Source of the DNA: an uncultured delta proteobacterium
GTDB taxonomy: Bacteria > Myxococcota_A > Polyangia > Haliangiales > Haliangiaceae
Direction: 5' to 3'
Assembly: GCA_963743525.1 (NCBI GenBank)
Contig: CAVUQH010000003.1
Location: forward strand, 1,024,001 to 1,088,000
DNA length: 64,000 nucleotides
Notes under the pieces: model-generated
Told to the model about the DNA's origin: nothing
Databases searched by the model: none
What the model saw: the letters and a program-made list of their open reading frames with translations, nothing else
In this document: piece by piece, positions 9,480 through 20,077 of the stretch
How the letters are laid out: each line of letters starts with the position of its first letter
Position numbering within the stretch: position 1 is the stretch's first letter
Made by a program: the position numbers and the translations under genes

Positions 9480-11975
9480 ATGGACGTACGCTGCGAGAAT
9501 TGCGGTACCGAGTACGAGCTCGACGAGTCCAAGCTCAAGACGGGCGGGGTGACGGTCAAGTGCGCCAGCTGCGGCTACATGTTCAAGATCCGCAAGCGCA
9601 CGGCCGAGGCGGTGCAGGATGATTCCCGCCCGCGGATGCGTCCGTCCACGGCTCGAGGAGCCGCCGTGCCGGCCCGTGCGCGCCCCGGCACCGAGTCGGG
9701 CGCGCTGAAGAAGAAGCGCACCTGGCTGATCCGGGTCGGAGACGAGGTCAAGACCTGCAGCGAGCTGGCCAAGCTCCAGCAGTGGATCGTCGAGGGCGTG
9801 GTCGATCGCGACGCCGAGATTTCGCGCAACGGCAAGACCTGGAAGCCGCTGGGCGAGCTCGAGGAGCTGTCGATGTTCTTCGACGTCGCCGACGAGGCCA
9901 AGCGCGCGCGCACCGAGTCGGGCGCGGCGCCGGTTCGCCGGCCGCCGACGCAGCCGCCACCCGTGCCACAACCGGCAGCGCGGCGCCCGAGTGCGCCGGC
10001 CGCAGCCGCCGCGACGGCGGGCAAGGGACCGTGGCCGGTGGTGCAGAAGCCGTCGGCGCCCGCACCCGCACCCGCACCCGTCGCCGCGCCCGCACCCGCA
10101 CGCGCGCCCGCGCCCGCGCCCGTCGCCGCGCCCGCGCCCGCGCCCGTCGCCGCGCCTGCGCCCGCGCCCGTCGCCGCGCCCGCACCCGTGCACGCGCGCC
10201 CGGCGATGCCGCCGACGCCGCCGCCGTCGGGCAGTGCCGCTGAGCGCTCGACCGGCAGCTGGGCCGTGGCGCAAAAAGCGCCTCGCCTCGACCACACCGG
10301 CGACTCCGGCCCGACTGGACCTGTGGGCGGCATGGCCAAGGGCGTGCCCACGGCGGACGCCGCGTTCGCCTCTGGCGGCAAGCGCCAGGTGCGGGAGCTC
10401 GCCGACGAGCCGCACCTCACCGAGGACTACCTGTCCGTCGGCAAGCGCGGCGGCGCGGGCAAGTGGATCGCCCTGGTGTCGGTCGTCGTCATCCTCGCCG
10501 CCGCCGGCTCGGTCTACTTCTTCCTGTTCCGCAAGTCGGGCACGACGACCGCGGCCGTGCCAGCCGCAGCTGCCGACGCCGGCGCCGCGACCTCGGCGCC
10601 GCCAGTGGCCAACGGCATTCAGCCGCCCGCGCAGCCGGCGGTCACAGAGAATCCCGGCGAGGCGGCGCGCACCGCGCTGCTCGGCGACAGCGAGCTGGCC
10701 CTCGAAGATCTGGCTGGTCGGCCGACCACCGGGCCCGAGGCGCCGCCGCCGGCGCTGCGCGCGCGGATCGAGTCGGCGCTGTCGCAGCATCTCCTCGACG
10801 AGGCGCTGGCCTCGACCGACAAGAGCGAGGCCAAGAAGCTGCGCCGCGAGTCGCAGACCCGCGCCCAGGCTGCCGAGAAGCTGGCGCGCGCGGCCATCGA
10901 CGCCGACCGCAACGACGCCGACGCCAACGTCGCCATGGCCGACGCCACTCGGCTCGAGGGCAAGAAGTCGGCCGAGATCATGCGCTGGCTGCGCGCCGCT
11001 CGCCGCGCCGACGCCAACAACCGCGACGCCAACTACGTCGAGGCGCTGGCGCTGCTGCGCGACGGCAAGAAGCTCAAGGGCGTGCGCATGCTCGAGGATC
11101 TGTCCAAGGACGCCGAGTCCCTGGGCGACGTCCGGCCGTTCTATCGCATGGCGCTGATCGACTTCGAGGACCAGAAGTACGACAAGGCGCGCGAGCGGGC
11201 CAAGCAGGTGCTGGCGATGCAAGCCGGCCACGCCGGCGCCACCGCGCTGCTGTCGCGCATCGACGCGGCCACCGCGGTGGCCAACTCCGATCCGATGCCG
11301 CCCGAAGACCACGCCAACGACAGCAGCCACGACAGCGGCAACAGCTCCAGCTCGTCGGGTGGCCACGAGAGCTACGACCATCTGCTCGAGCGCGGCGACA
11401 AGAAGGCCGAGGACGGCGACTGCAAGAGCGCGTCGCAGCTCTACCAGAAGGCGCTCGACGTCAACCCGGTCGGCGTTGCCGCGCTCACCGGTCTGGGCTA
11501 CTGCCACATCGACGCCAAGCAGTTCGCCAGCGCCCACGCCAAGTTCCGCGCCGCGCTGGCGATCTCGCCCCGCTACCAGGACGCGCTGCTCGGCGTCGCC
11601 GAGGCGTACCAGCAGCAGGGGCTGGCCAAGCAGGCGATCGAGGCCTACCAGAAATTCCTCGACGACTTCCCCACCAGCGCCCGCGCCGCCCAGGTGAAAC
11701 GGCAGATCGAAAAGCTCGGCGGCGGCAGCGGCGGCGGCGACAACAGCGGCGGCGGCGACAACAGCGGCGGCGGCGACAACGGCGGCGGCGCCACGGCCCC
11801 CGGCGGCGGCGACAGCTCCGGCGGTGGTGCCACTCCATCGGGTGGCGGCGACAGCTCCGGCGGCGCCACCACGCCGCCCGCAGGTGGCGACAGCTCGGGC
11901 GGCAGCACCGACAAGCCCGCCCCGACCACGCCCCCGGCCGGCGGCAGCGACGACTCCACCGGCAGCGCCGGCTGA
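9480..11975 (+). CDS. MJ0042-type zinc-ribbon / GYF-like / TM / TPR protein (myxobacterial)
   Basis: CENC...CASC zinc ribbon, Pro/Ala linker, one TM, TPR helices, Gly/Ser/Asp tail. Confidence 0.82.
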   Translation: MDVRCENCGTEYELDESKLKTGGVTVKCASCGYMFKIRKRTAEAVQDDSRPRMRPSTARGAAVPARARPGTESGALKKKRTWLIRVGDEVKTCSELAKLQQWIVEGVVDRDAEISRNGKTWKPLGELEELSMFFDVADEAKRARTESGAAPVRRPPTQPPPVPQPAARRPSAPAAAAATAGKGPWPVVQKPSAPAPAPAPVAAPAPARAPAPAPVAAPAPAPVAAPAPAPVAAPAPVHARPAMPPTPPPSGSAAERSTGSWAVAQKAPRLDHTGDSGPTGPVGGMAKGVPTADAAFASGGKRQVRELADEPHLTEDYLSVGKRGGAGKWIALVSVVVILAAAGSVYFFLFRKSGTTTAAVPAAAADAGAATSAPPVANGIQPPAQPAVTENPGEAARTALLGDSELALEDLAGRPTTGPEAPPPALRARIESALSQHLLDEALASTDKSEAKKLRRESQTRAQAAEKLARAAIDADRNDADANVAMADATRLEGKKSAEIMRWLRAARRADANNRDANYVEALALLRDGKKLKGVRMLEDLSKDAESLGDVRPFYRMALIDFEDQKYDKARERAKQVLAMQAGHAGATALLSRIDAATAVANSDPMPPEDHANDSSHDSGNSSSSSGGHESYDHLLERGDKKAEDGDCKSASQLYQKALDVNPVGVAALTGLGYCHIDAKQFASAHAKFRAALAISPRYQDALLGVAEAYQQQGLAKQAIEAYQKFLDDFPTSARAAQVKRQIEKLGGGSGGGDNSGGGDNSGGGDNGGGATAPGGGDSSGGGATPSGGGDSSGGATTPPAGGDSSGGSTDKPAPTTPPAGGSDDSTGSAG

Positions 11976-12118
11976 GATTCCCGTCTGAACGCGGCGTAGC
12001 GGCCGGTACCCTCGGCGCAGCCCGCAACTCTGGCGGTGAGGCGACAGCCCCCGATCCCCCGGCGGGAGCCCCCGGATCGCGACCCGCATGTGTCCGTATT
12101 TTCCATAGGTTGACCGTC

Positions 12119-12134
12119 TGGCACCCACCTTGCG
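12119..12134 (+). promoter_or_regulatory. Sigma54 (-24/-12) promoter
   Basis: TGGCAC-CCACC-TTGCG with exact GG-N10-GC spacing, just upstream of the TPR gene. Confidence 0.7.
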
Positions 12135-12147
12135 TAGCCCTACCGGT

Positions 12148-15100
12148 ATGCCGGCCGCGTACCCCGAGTCCCTCGTCGCCACCCTGATGGAAGCCCTGGC
12201 CGCGGAGCTGCCCGACGTCTCCGCTGACCGCTTGCGTCAGGCGGCGGAACGGGCCGCGGGACTGGTCCACGAGCCGGACGACGACGTCGAGGTGGACGAC
12301 TACCTGGCCCGGGTCGACGCCGCCACCGACTCGGGCGAGCGCGCGCGTCTGCTGCGCGAGCTGGCCGCGACCCTCGAGCGCACCGGCGATGTCGACCGCG
12401 CGCTGTCGGCGCGGATCGGCGCTCTGGCCGAGGACGCGGACGGTGCCTCGGGCGAGCGCCTGACTCGATTGGCGCGCGCGAGTGAGCGCACCGACGAGCT
12501 GGCTGCCGCCCTCGACGCGGTCCTGGCCAGCGAGCTCGACGGCGACACCGCCGCGGAGCTGGGCCTGGCGCTGGCGTCGATCCACCGCGATGCCGGTCGC
12601 GCCGGCGATGCGTTGGCCGCGCTCGAGAGCGCGGCGCGCAGCGCCCCCCGGCGCGCCGATGTGCTGCGCGCGCTGTCCGATGCCTACGTCGGTGCCGGAC
12701 GCCTGCGCGCATCGCTCGACGTGCTCGCGCGGCTGGTCAACGCCACCGCGAGCGGACCCGAGCTGGCCAACCTGTACCGCGAGCTGGCCGCCGGCTGGCA
12801 GCGGCTCGATCGCTTCGACCGCGCTGCCGAGTGCTGGGAGTGGGTGCTGTCGCTGGCGCCGGAGGACGAGGACGCCTACGCCGTGCTCGAGCCGCTCTAC
12901 CGCGAGAGCCGCAATCTGTCCGCCCTGGTCCATCTGATGTGTCGCCGCGCCGAGCGCTGTGCCCCCGCCGAGCGCGCCGACGTCTTCGTCGCCGTGGCCG
13001 AGATCTACCGCCACGAGCTGGGTGACACCGGCCGCGCGGTCGACTTCTATCGCGCCGCCGCCGACAACGCGCCCGACCGCCTCGACATCCTGTTCGACTC
13101 TGGCCGCGCTGTGCCAGGAGCGCGAGGCCCATGACGACGCCATCGTCGCGCTCGAGCGGATCGCCCGCGCGACCCCCGACCGGCAGGCCAGCGCTCGCGT
13201 GCTGCGCCAGGCCGGCACCATCGCCTGGCGGGCGCTGAGCAGCGCCGACACCGCGCGCGACCTGATCGCCCGTTCCCTCGACGCCGACCCCGACTGCGTG
13301 GCGTCGATCGAAGAGCTGGCAGCACTGCACCGCGAGCGGGGCGAGCTGCCGGCGGCCATCGAGGTGCTGTCCGACGCCGCCCGGCGCCCGGCGCTGGCCG
13401 ATCACGCGGTGCGCCTGCTGTGCGACGCCGCGTCGCTGAGCATCAGCATCGGCGACCACGACGGCGCCGTCGAGCTGGCGCGTTCGGCGCGCTTTGCCGA
13501 CATGACCGATCAGCGGGCCTGCGAGCTGCTGGCCGACCTGTTGTGGGAGGAGCGGTCGCTCGACGAGCTGGTGCCGCTGCTCGAGCTGTTGTGCCACCGC
13601 ACCGCCGATCCGCAGGCGCTGCGCCTGCGCCTGTCGCAGCTGGGCAACGCCGCCGCCGAGACCGGCCGGGACGACCTGGCGCACGACGCGCTGGCACGGG
13701 CCGTCGAGCTGGCGCCCGACGACCTGGCCGCACACCGCGCACTGGGCGACCTGTTGTTCGATCAGGAGGAGTGGGGCGAGGCCGTGGCGGTGCTGGAGAG
13801 CCTGCTCCACCAGCACGAAGACCGGCTGCCCACCGCCGACTGCGTCGAGCTGCACTACCGCGCCGGCCGCTCGGCCCGCGAGCTGGGGCAGACCGACCGC
13901 GCGCGCCTCCACATCGAGACCGCGCTGGCGCTCGACTCCTCGCACCGGCCGTCGCTGCTGCTCCACGCCCGCGTCGGCGACGGCGACCCGACCGCGCTGG
14001 TCGCCGATCAGTTGGCGCTGGCGGCGTCGGCACCGCCGGACCAGCAGGCGGCGATCCTGGCCGGCATCGGCGATCTGTACGCAGAGCGCGGCGACCGCGC
14101 GTCGGCCCGGCAGATGTACCGCGAGGCGCTGGCGCATCGACCGACCGATCACCTGTTGCTGAGCAAGTGCCTGTCGATGGTCGCCGAGCAGGGCGACTGG
14201 AGCGTGAGCCTGGATCTACTCGAGCGTCTGATCGACACCGAGGCCGCGGGCGAGGTGCGCGCCAAGTATTGCCACGTCGCCGCGATGATCTGTCGCGACG
14301 AGCTCGAGCGGCACGACGACGCCGTCGATCTGCTGCACGAGGCGATCGACGCCGACCCGGCCATGCAAGAGGCGGCCGACGCCATCGAGGAGCTGCTCGC
14401 GGGTCGCGACGAAGAGCTGGCGCGCTTCTACTACCAGCGCCTCGACCAGCTGCGCTCGCGGCCGGACCAGTCCGACGAGCGGCTGCGCTTGTGGGACCAG
14501 CTGGCGGCGGTGTGTGATCGCCTGGGTCTGACCGACGACGCCCTGTGCGCCCACGAGGTCGCAGTCGAGCTCGACCCGACGGACGCCGGACGGCGGCAGA
14601 AGCTGGCCGACCGCTACCTGGCCAGGGGCGACGACGGTCGCGACAAGGCAATCGTCCAGCACCAGTCGATCCTCCGCCACGCGCGGCGGCGCGTCGCCTC
14701 GTACGAGGCGTTGCGCGGCCTGTACTGGGCCACCAGCCAGCCGGACAAGGCGCGCGCCTGTGACGCCGCGCTCGACGTCATCGGCATGCGTCCAGTGGCC
14801 GCGCGCTCGCGGGTGCCGACCGCGCGACCGATGGCGCTCGAGGCCACCGGCCCGGTGCTGACCGCGAAGGACTATCACGACCTGGCGCTGGGCGGCGTCG
14901 ACCGCTTGCTGTCGGTGTTGTTTGCCCGCGTCGCGCCGGTACTGGCGCGCCATCGCGCCCATCCGACCGCGCGCGGCCGCGCCGTGCGCGCCAGCGACCC
15001 GCGGCCTTTCGCCCGCGCCTTCCGCCACGTCGCGGCGGTGATGGGCGTCGAGCTACCGCTTGCCACCGTCGATACCCATCAGGCTGCGGCCTGCGTCATC

Positions 15101-15673
15101 CAGCTGCGCGAGACCGACGGCGTCATCGCCCCGGTGGCGACCTTCGGGCGCGCCGCCCTCGACGGCGGCGGCGACGACCGCGCGCTGGTCTTCAGCATCA
15201 CCCAGCGGTTGGTCGACCTGCGCGGCGATCGGTTCGCTCGCCTGCTCTGTCCCCGCGCCGACGAGCTGGCTGCCATCGTCGAGCTCGCCCTCGCCCTGGG
15301 CACCGGCGGTGCGGAAGCGGTCGCCGGCACCAGCAACACGGCTCGCTGGCTGGCCGAAACCCTGCGCCCGATCGAGGTCGACCAGCTGACCACCATCGGC
15401 GCTCGGCTGGCCGAGCGCGGCGTCGACCCGGCCCGCGCCGCCGCCAGCTGGCTCGACGCCACCGACCGCGTCGCCGACCGGATCGCCTATCTGATGTGCG
15501 GCGACCTGGCCACCTGCGTGCGCGCCATCGAACGCGAGCCGGCTGCCCGCATCACTGCTCGCGATCGCATCCTCGACCTGGTCTGGGCCAGCGTCACCGA
15601 GGAGATGTTCGCGGTGACGGCGCGACTGGAGCAGGGCGGGGCCGACGCCAGCGCCGAAACCGACGTCGCCTAG
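12148..15673 (+). CDS. Large TPR-repeat protein (one apparent frameshift near 13,098)
   Basis: ORFs 12130-13134 and 12959-15673 join as ...LDILFD / LAALCQERE... with continuous TPR-like helices. Confidence 0.75.
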
Positions 15674-16668
15674 GCAGCTCGGTCCGCACGGATGATCCGT
15701 TGCTCGCCGCCCGCCAGGGCGACGCGGATCGCCAGCTGGCCGGCGCCGTTGATCGACACCGGGTTGAGCGCCAGGTCGACCACGCCGTCATCGCCGAGGC
15801 CGACGATCCGGTCGGCGATCGGGTCGGGTCCACTGTAGATGCCCAGCGCGCCGCCCGCGGGCGTGGCGTAGAAGATCACGCGCCCGGCGTCGTCGACCAG
15901 TGCGCCGCGAAAGCTGGAGAAGCCGGCGCCGGTGTCGACCAGCGGGTCACCGCCGGCGGCGAAGATGCCACTGCCGCCGCCGGCCAGCACCGCGGCGAAG
16001 ACGACCGTTCCGCGGTCGTTGGCCGCGGGGAAGCGGCCCAGCTCGGCGAAGCGCTCGCCGGTCTCGGCGATGGTCTCCAGCTGTCCGTCCCGCCAGCGAT
16101 AGATGCCGTCCCCGCCGCCGGCGCGCCGGGCGCGAAACAGCACCGCGCCGTCGCCGGTGATCACCGGAATGCCCTCGAATCCGGCCAGCTCATCGCCGCT
16201 GTCGGCGACGGTGGTGATGCCGCCGGCCGCGGCGACGAACAGGCCGTCCCCGCCGTCCGTCCCGGTGGCGCGAAAGGCCACCGCGCCGCCGGCGTTCATG
16301 CTCGGGCCGAGGGGGCCGATGGCGGTGAACTGCTCGCCGGTGTCGGCCAGCGTCCGCGTCGCGCCGCCGCCGGCGATCACCAGCGCCTCGCGGCCGCCCG
16401 CGCGCCGGACGTAGAAGCAGACCTCACCGCCGTGGCCGGCGTCCGGGTGACTCACCACGTCGCCGCGAGCCAGCTCGGCCACCTCGCCGCCACTGCCGGC
16501 GAAGACGCCGCTGCCGCCGCCGGCCAGCTCGGCCTGGAACGCGACCACCCCGCGATCGTCAACCGACGCCACGTACGGGGAGAAGTCGACGAACCGGTCG
16601 CCGCTGCGCGTGATCGTGGTGAGCGCGAGGCGATCCGGGTGCAAATGAGGCGTCACGGGCTGGATCAT
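15670..16668 (-). CDS. NxxGxxAF tandem-repeat (beta-propeller-like) protein
   Basis: Repeats DDRGVVAF, NAGGAVAF, NDRGTVVF, DDAGRVIF, NGAGQLAI. Start may be GTG 16656. Confidence 0.75.
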   Translation of the reverse strand: MIQPVTPHLHPDRLALTTITRSGDRFVDFSPYVASVDDRGVVAFQAELAGGGSGVFAGSGGEVAELARGDVVSHPDAGHGGEVCFYVRRAGGREALVIAGGGATRTLADTGEQFTAIGPLGPSMNAGGAVAFRATGTDGGDGLFVAAAGGITTVADSGDELAGFEGIPVITGDGAVLFRARRAGGGDGIYRWRDGQLETIAETGERFAELGRFPAANDRGTVVFAAVLAGGGSGIFAAGGDPLVDTGAGFSSFRGALVDDAGRVIFYATPAGGALGIYSGPDPIADRIVGLGDDGVVDLALNPVSINGAGQLAIRVALAGGEQRIIRADRAA

Positions 16669-16694
16669 TATAAGCTCGACCCGAAGTGGCTCTG

Positions 16695-18296
16695 ATGCTC
16701 GCGGAACCGCGGTCGCTTCTCGCGCCCCGCACCGAGGCCGAGCTCGCCGCGCTGTGCGGCCGGCTGGGCGCCGCCCGCGACTCGCGAACGACCGCCCGCG
16801 AGCGCGCCCTGATCGCCCGCGGCGGGCCGGTCGCCCGCGAGCTGGTCAACGCCGCGCGGGCGGCGATCCTGGCCGGCGGCGATCCTCTCGGCAGCTGGTT
16901 TTCGGCCCTGCGCACGCCGCGGCAGCGGCGCCGCCTGGGCGCCACCTACACGCCGGCGCCGATCATCGGCGCGATGGTCGCCTGGGCGCACGGCGCCGCC
17001 GCGCCGGTTCGCGTGGTCGATCCCGGCGCCGGCTCCGGCCGCTTCGTGCGCGAGGCCGCCCGCGTCTTTCCCGGCGCCCGGCTGATCGCCGTGGACGTCG
17101 ATCCGCTGGCGGCGCTGATGTGTCGGGCCAACTTCGCGGTGCTCGGGCTCGCCGATCGCGCCGAGGTTCGCCTCGGCGACTACCGCCGCCTGCGTCTGCC
17201 CGCTGTCGCCGGCCCGACGCTGTTCGTCGGCAACCCGCCGTACGTGCGCCACCACGACGTCGACCCGCGGTGGAAGCGCTGGTTGGCCGACACCGCCCAG
17301 CGCCGCGGCTTTCGCGCCAGCCGCCTGGCCGGCCTGCACGTGCATTTCTTCCTCGCCACGCTGCAGCGCGCCCGCCCCGGCGACGTCGGCGCGTTCATCA
17401 CCGCCGGCGAGTGGCTCGACGTCAACTACGGGCGTCTGGTGCGCGAGCTCCTGGTCGGCCCGCTCGGGCTGATCCGTCTCGATCTCCTCGACCCGCGCGC
17501 CCGCGCCTTCGACGACGCGCAGACCACGGCGGCAATCGCCTGCTTCCGCGTCGGCAGCGCTGCGCCGACCGTGCGCGTGCGCGGCGTCGATCGCCCCGAG
17601 TGCCTGGGCGCGCTCACCGGCGGTCGCTCGGTCCGCCGCGACGAGCTTGGCGCCGCGTCTCGGTGGAGCGTGGTCGGGCGCCGCCGCGACCGCACCGATC
17701 GGGTCGAGCTGGGCGAGCTGTGCCGCGTCCACCGCGGCCAGGTGACCGGCGCCAACGCGGTGTGGATCGCCGGGCCCGACACGCCGCCGCTTCCCGTCGC
17801 GCTGCTCCACCCGACCATCACTCGTGCGCGCGAGCTGTTTGCCGCCGGCGCCGTGCTCGCCTCGGCCGATCACCTGCGCCGCGTCGTCGACCTGCCGGCC
17901 GACCTCGACGCGGTCAACGCCGACACCCGCGCCGCCATCGATCGCTTTCTCGCCTGGGCTCGCGCCGCCGGCGCTCACCAGCGCTACATCGCGCGCCACC
18001 GCGCGCCGTGGTGGTCGGTTCGCCTGCGCGCACCGGCGCCGATCCTGGCCACGTACATGGCGCGCCGACCACCGGCGTTCGTGCGCAACCTCGCCGGCGC
18101 CCGCCACATCAACATCGCCCACGGCCTCTACCCGCGGGAGCCGATGTCGGCGGCGCGCCTCGACGCGCTCGCCCGCTATCTCTCCTCGTCGGTGTCAACC
18201 GACGACGGCCGCACCTACGCCGGCGGCCTGACCAAGTTCGAGCCGCGCGAGATGGAGCGGTTGCTGGTGCCGACCCCCGCCGCGCTCGACGGTTGA
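16695..18296 (+). CDS. Second N6-adenine DNA methyltransferase (gamma class), no cognate nuclease seen
   Basis: GATYTP, VDPGAGSGRF, VGNPPY, C-terminal GRTYAGGLTKFEPREM. Confidence 0.87.
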   Translation: MLAEPRSLLAPRTEAELAALCGRLGAARDSRTTARERALIARGGPVARELVNAARAAILAGGDPLGSWFSALRTPRQRRRLGATYTPAPIIGAMVAWAHGAAAPVRVVDPGAGSGRFVREAARVFPGARLIAVDVDPLAALMCRANFAVLGLADRAEVRLGDYRRLRLPAVAGPTLFVGNPPYVRHHDVDPRWKRWLADTAQRRGFRASRLAGLHVHFFLATLQRARPGDVGAFITAGEWLDVNYGRLVRELLVGPLGLIRLDLLDPRARAFDDAQTTAAIACFRVGSAAPTVRVRGVDRPECLGALTGGRSVRRDELGAASRWSVVGRRRDRTDRVELGELCRVHRGQVTGANAVWIAGPDTPPLPVALLHPTITRARELFAAGAVLASADHLRRVVDLPADLDAVNADTRAAIDRFLAWARAAGAHQRYIARHRAPWWSVRLRAPAPILATYMARRPPAFVRNLAGARHINIAHGLYPREPMSAARLDALARYLSSSVSTDDGRTYAGGLTKFEPREMERLLVPTPAALDG

Positions 18297-18316
18297 GCCC
18301 CTGCTACACTGCGGGC

Positions 18317-19972
18317 ATGGGCCGGGGCGCCGACGAGGTGGCGAGGGAGGAGCTGGAGCGGGGGCGCGCCTGCTACCGGCGGCACGAGTGGGCCGACGCG
18401 TACGACGCGCTGTCGCAGGCCGATGCCGCGTCGGCGCTGGCGGTCGAAGATCTGGAGCGGCTCGCCTGGTCGGCCGCGTTGTCCGGCCACGACGACGTCT
18501 ACCTGCCGGTGTCCGAGCGCGTCTACCACGCCCACGATGCCGCCGGCGAGCACGCCAGCGCCGCGTACTGGGCGTTTTGGATGGGGCTGCGGCTGATGTC
18601 GATGACCGAGACCGCGCGCGGCGCCGGCTGGCTGTCGCGCGCGCAGCGATCGGTCGAGCGGGTCGACGGCGACTGCGTGACGCGCGGCTACTTGCTGTTG
18701 CCGATGGCCGCCCGTCATCTGGGCGCCGGCGATCTCGACGCCGCCCACGACGCGGCCGCGCGGGCGGCCGAGATCGGCGAGCAGTTCGCCGACGCCGATC
18801 TGAGCTCGTTCGCCCGCCAGTTCCAGGGCCGTGCGCTGCTGCGCCGCGGCGACACCGAGCGCGGAATCGCCCTGCTCGACGAGTCGATGATCGCGGTGAC
18901 CTCGCGCGAGCTGTCTCCGCTGGTCGCCGGCCTGGTCTACTGCACCGCCATCTCCACCTGCCAGCAGGCGCTGGCCCTGGACCGCGCGCGCGAGTGGACG
19001 ACGGCGCTGGCGACCTGGTGCGCCAGCGAGCCGCAGGTGACGCCGTTCAACGGGGCCTGCCTGGTTCATCGATCGCAGATCCTGCAGCTGGCCGGCGACT
19101 GGTCCGAAGCGCTCGAAGAGGCCAAGCGGGCGTGCGAGAAGGTCACGGATAAGGACCCGCAGGCGCTGGGCGACGCCTGCTACGAGCGCGCCGAGCTGCA
19201 CCGCCTGCGCGGCGAGCTGGACGCCGCCGAGGAGGCCTACCGCCACGCCAGTCAGGTCGGACGCGAGCCACAGCCGGGTCTGGCGCTGCTGCGCCTGGCG
19301 CAGGGCCGGACGGGCGACGCCGTCAGCTCGATCCGCCGCGTGCTGGCGACCACCACCAGCGCCTGGCGGCGACCGCAGTTTTTGCCCGCGTGCGTGGAGA
19401 TCCTCCTGGCCGCCGGCGAGGTCGACGAGGCCCGCGCCGCCAGCGCCGAGCTCGACCAGCTGGCGCAGCGCTTCGACACCGAGATCCTTCACGCCCTGGC
19501 CGCGCAGGCGCGGGGCGCCGTGCTCGTGGCCGGCGGTGACGCCGGCGCCGCGGTCGATCCACTGCGCCGCGCCTTTCGCTGCTGGCAGGCCGTCGGCGCG
19601 CCGTACATCGCCGCGCGCATCCGCGTGCTGCTCGGTCGCGCCTGCGAGGCGCTGGGCGATCGCGACGGCGCCGAGCTCGAGCGTCAGGCCGCGCGCCAGG
19701 TGTTCGAAGAGCTGGGCGCCGCCCCCGATCTCGCCGCGCTCGACGGGGAAGCGCGGGGCGCGACAACCCCGTCCGACACCCACGGCCTGTCGCCGCGCGA
19801 GCTCGAGGTGGTGCGCCTGGTCGCCCAGGGCAAGACCAACAGGGAAATCGCCGGTGAGCTGGGCGTCAGCGAGCGAACCATCGACCGCCACGTCAGCAAT
19901 ATCTTCACCAAGCTCGACGTCTCGACCCGCGCTGCCGCCACCGCGTTCGCCTACGAGAACGGCCTGGTCTGA
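18317..19972 (+). CDS. LuxR-family regulator (TPR-like sensor plus C-terminal HTH)
   Basis: GLSPRELEVVRLVAQGKTNREIA...SERTIDRHVSNIFTKL. Confidence 0.9.
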   Translation: MGRGADEVAREELERGRACYRRHEWADAYDALSQADAASALAVEDLERLAWSAALSGHDDVYLPVSERVYHAHDAAGEHASAAYWAFWMGLRLMSMTETARGAGWLSRAQRSVERVDGDCVTRGYLLLPMAARHLGAGDLDAAHDAAARAAEIGEQFADADLSSFARQFQGRALLRRGDTERGIALLDESMIAVTSRELSPLVAGLVYCTAISTCQQALALDRAREWTTALATWCASEPQVTPFNGACLVHRSQILQLAGDWSEALEEAKRACEKVTDKDPQALGDACYERAELHRLRGELDAAEEAYRHASQVGREPQPGLALLRLAQGRTGDAVSSIRRVLATTTSAWRRPQFLPACVEILLAAGEVDEARAASAELDQLAQRFDTEILHALAAQARGAVLVAGGDAGAAVDPLRRAFRCWQAVGAPYIAARIRVLLGRACEALGDRDGAELERQAARQVFEELGAAPDLAALDGEARGATTPSDTHGLSPRELEVVRLVAQGKTNREIAGELGVSERTIDRHVSNIFTKLDVSTRAAATAFAYENGLV

Positions 19973-19990
19973 CCCACGGGTTTCTCCGCA

Positions 19991-20006
19991 TGGGTAGAAC
20001 TACCCA
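19991..20006. promoter_or_regulatory. Palindromic operator candidate
   Basis: TGGGTAG-AA-CTACCCA (7-2-7) between the LuxR gene and the flavoprotein gene. Confidence 0.55.
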
Positions 20007-20077
20007 CTCGGAATTACGGCGCAAATTGGGGAATTGTGCCGAAGCGAAGGGGCGTTGCCGGACCTACGGTGGTCGAC

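Noticed and set aside
9444..12182. Long antisense or alternative-frame ORFs (for example 9444-12182 -, 24873-27665 +, the 5' part of 16754-19972, the 3' part of 34608-37691)
   Set aside because: These are shadow ORFs expected in very GC-rich DNA. They show no family motifs and overlap well-supported genes.
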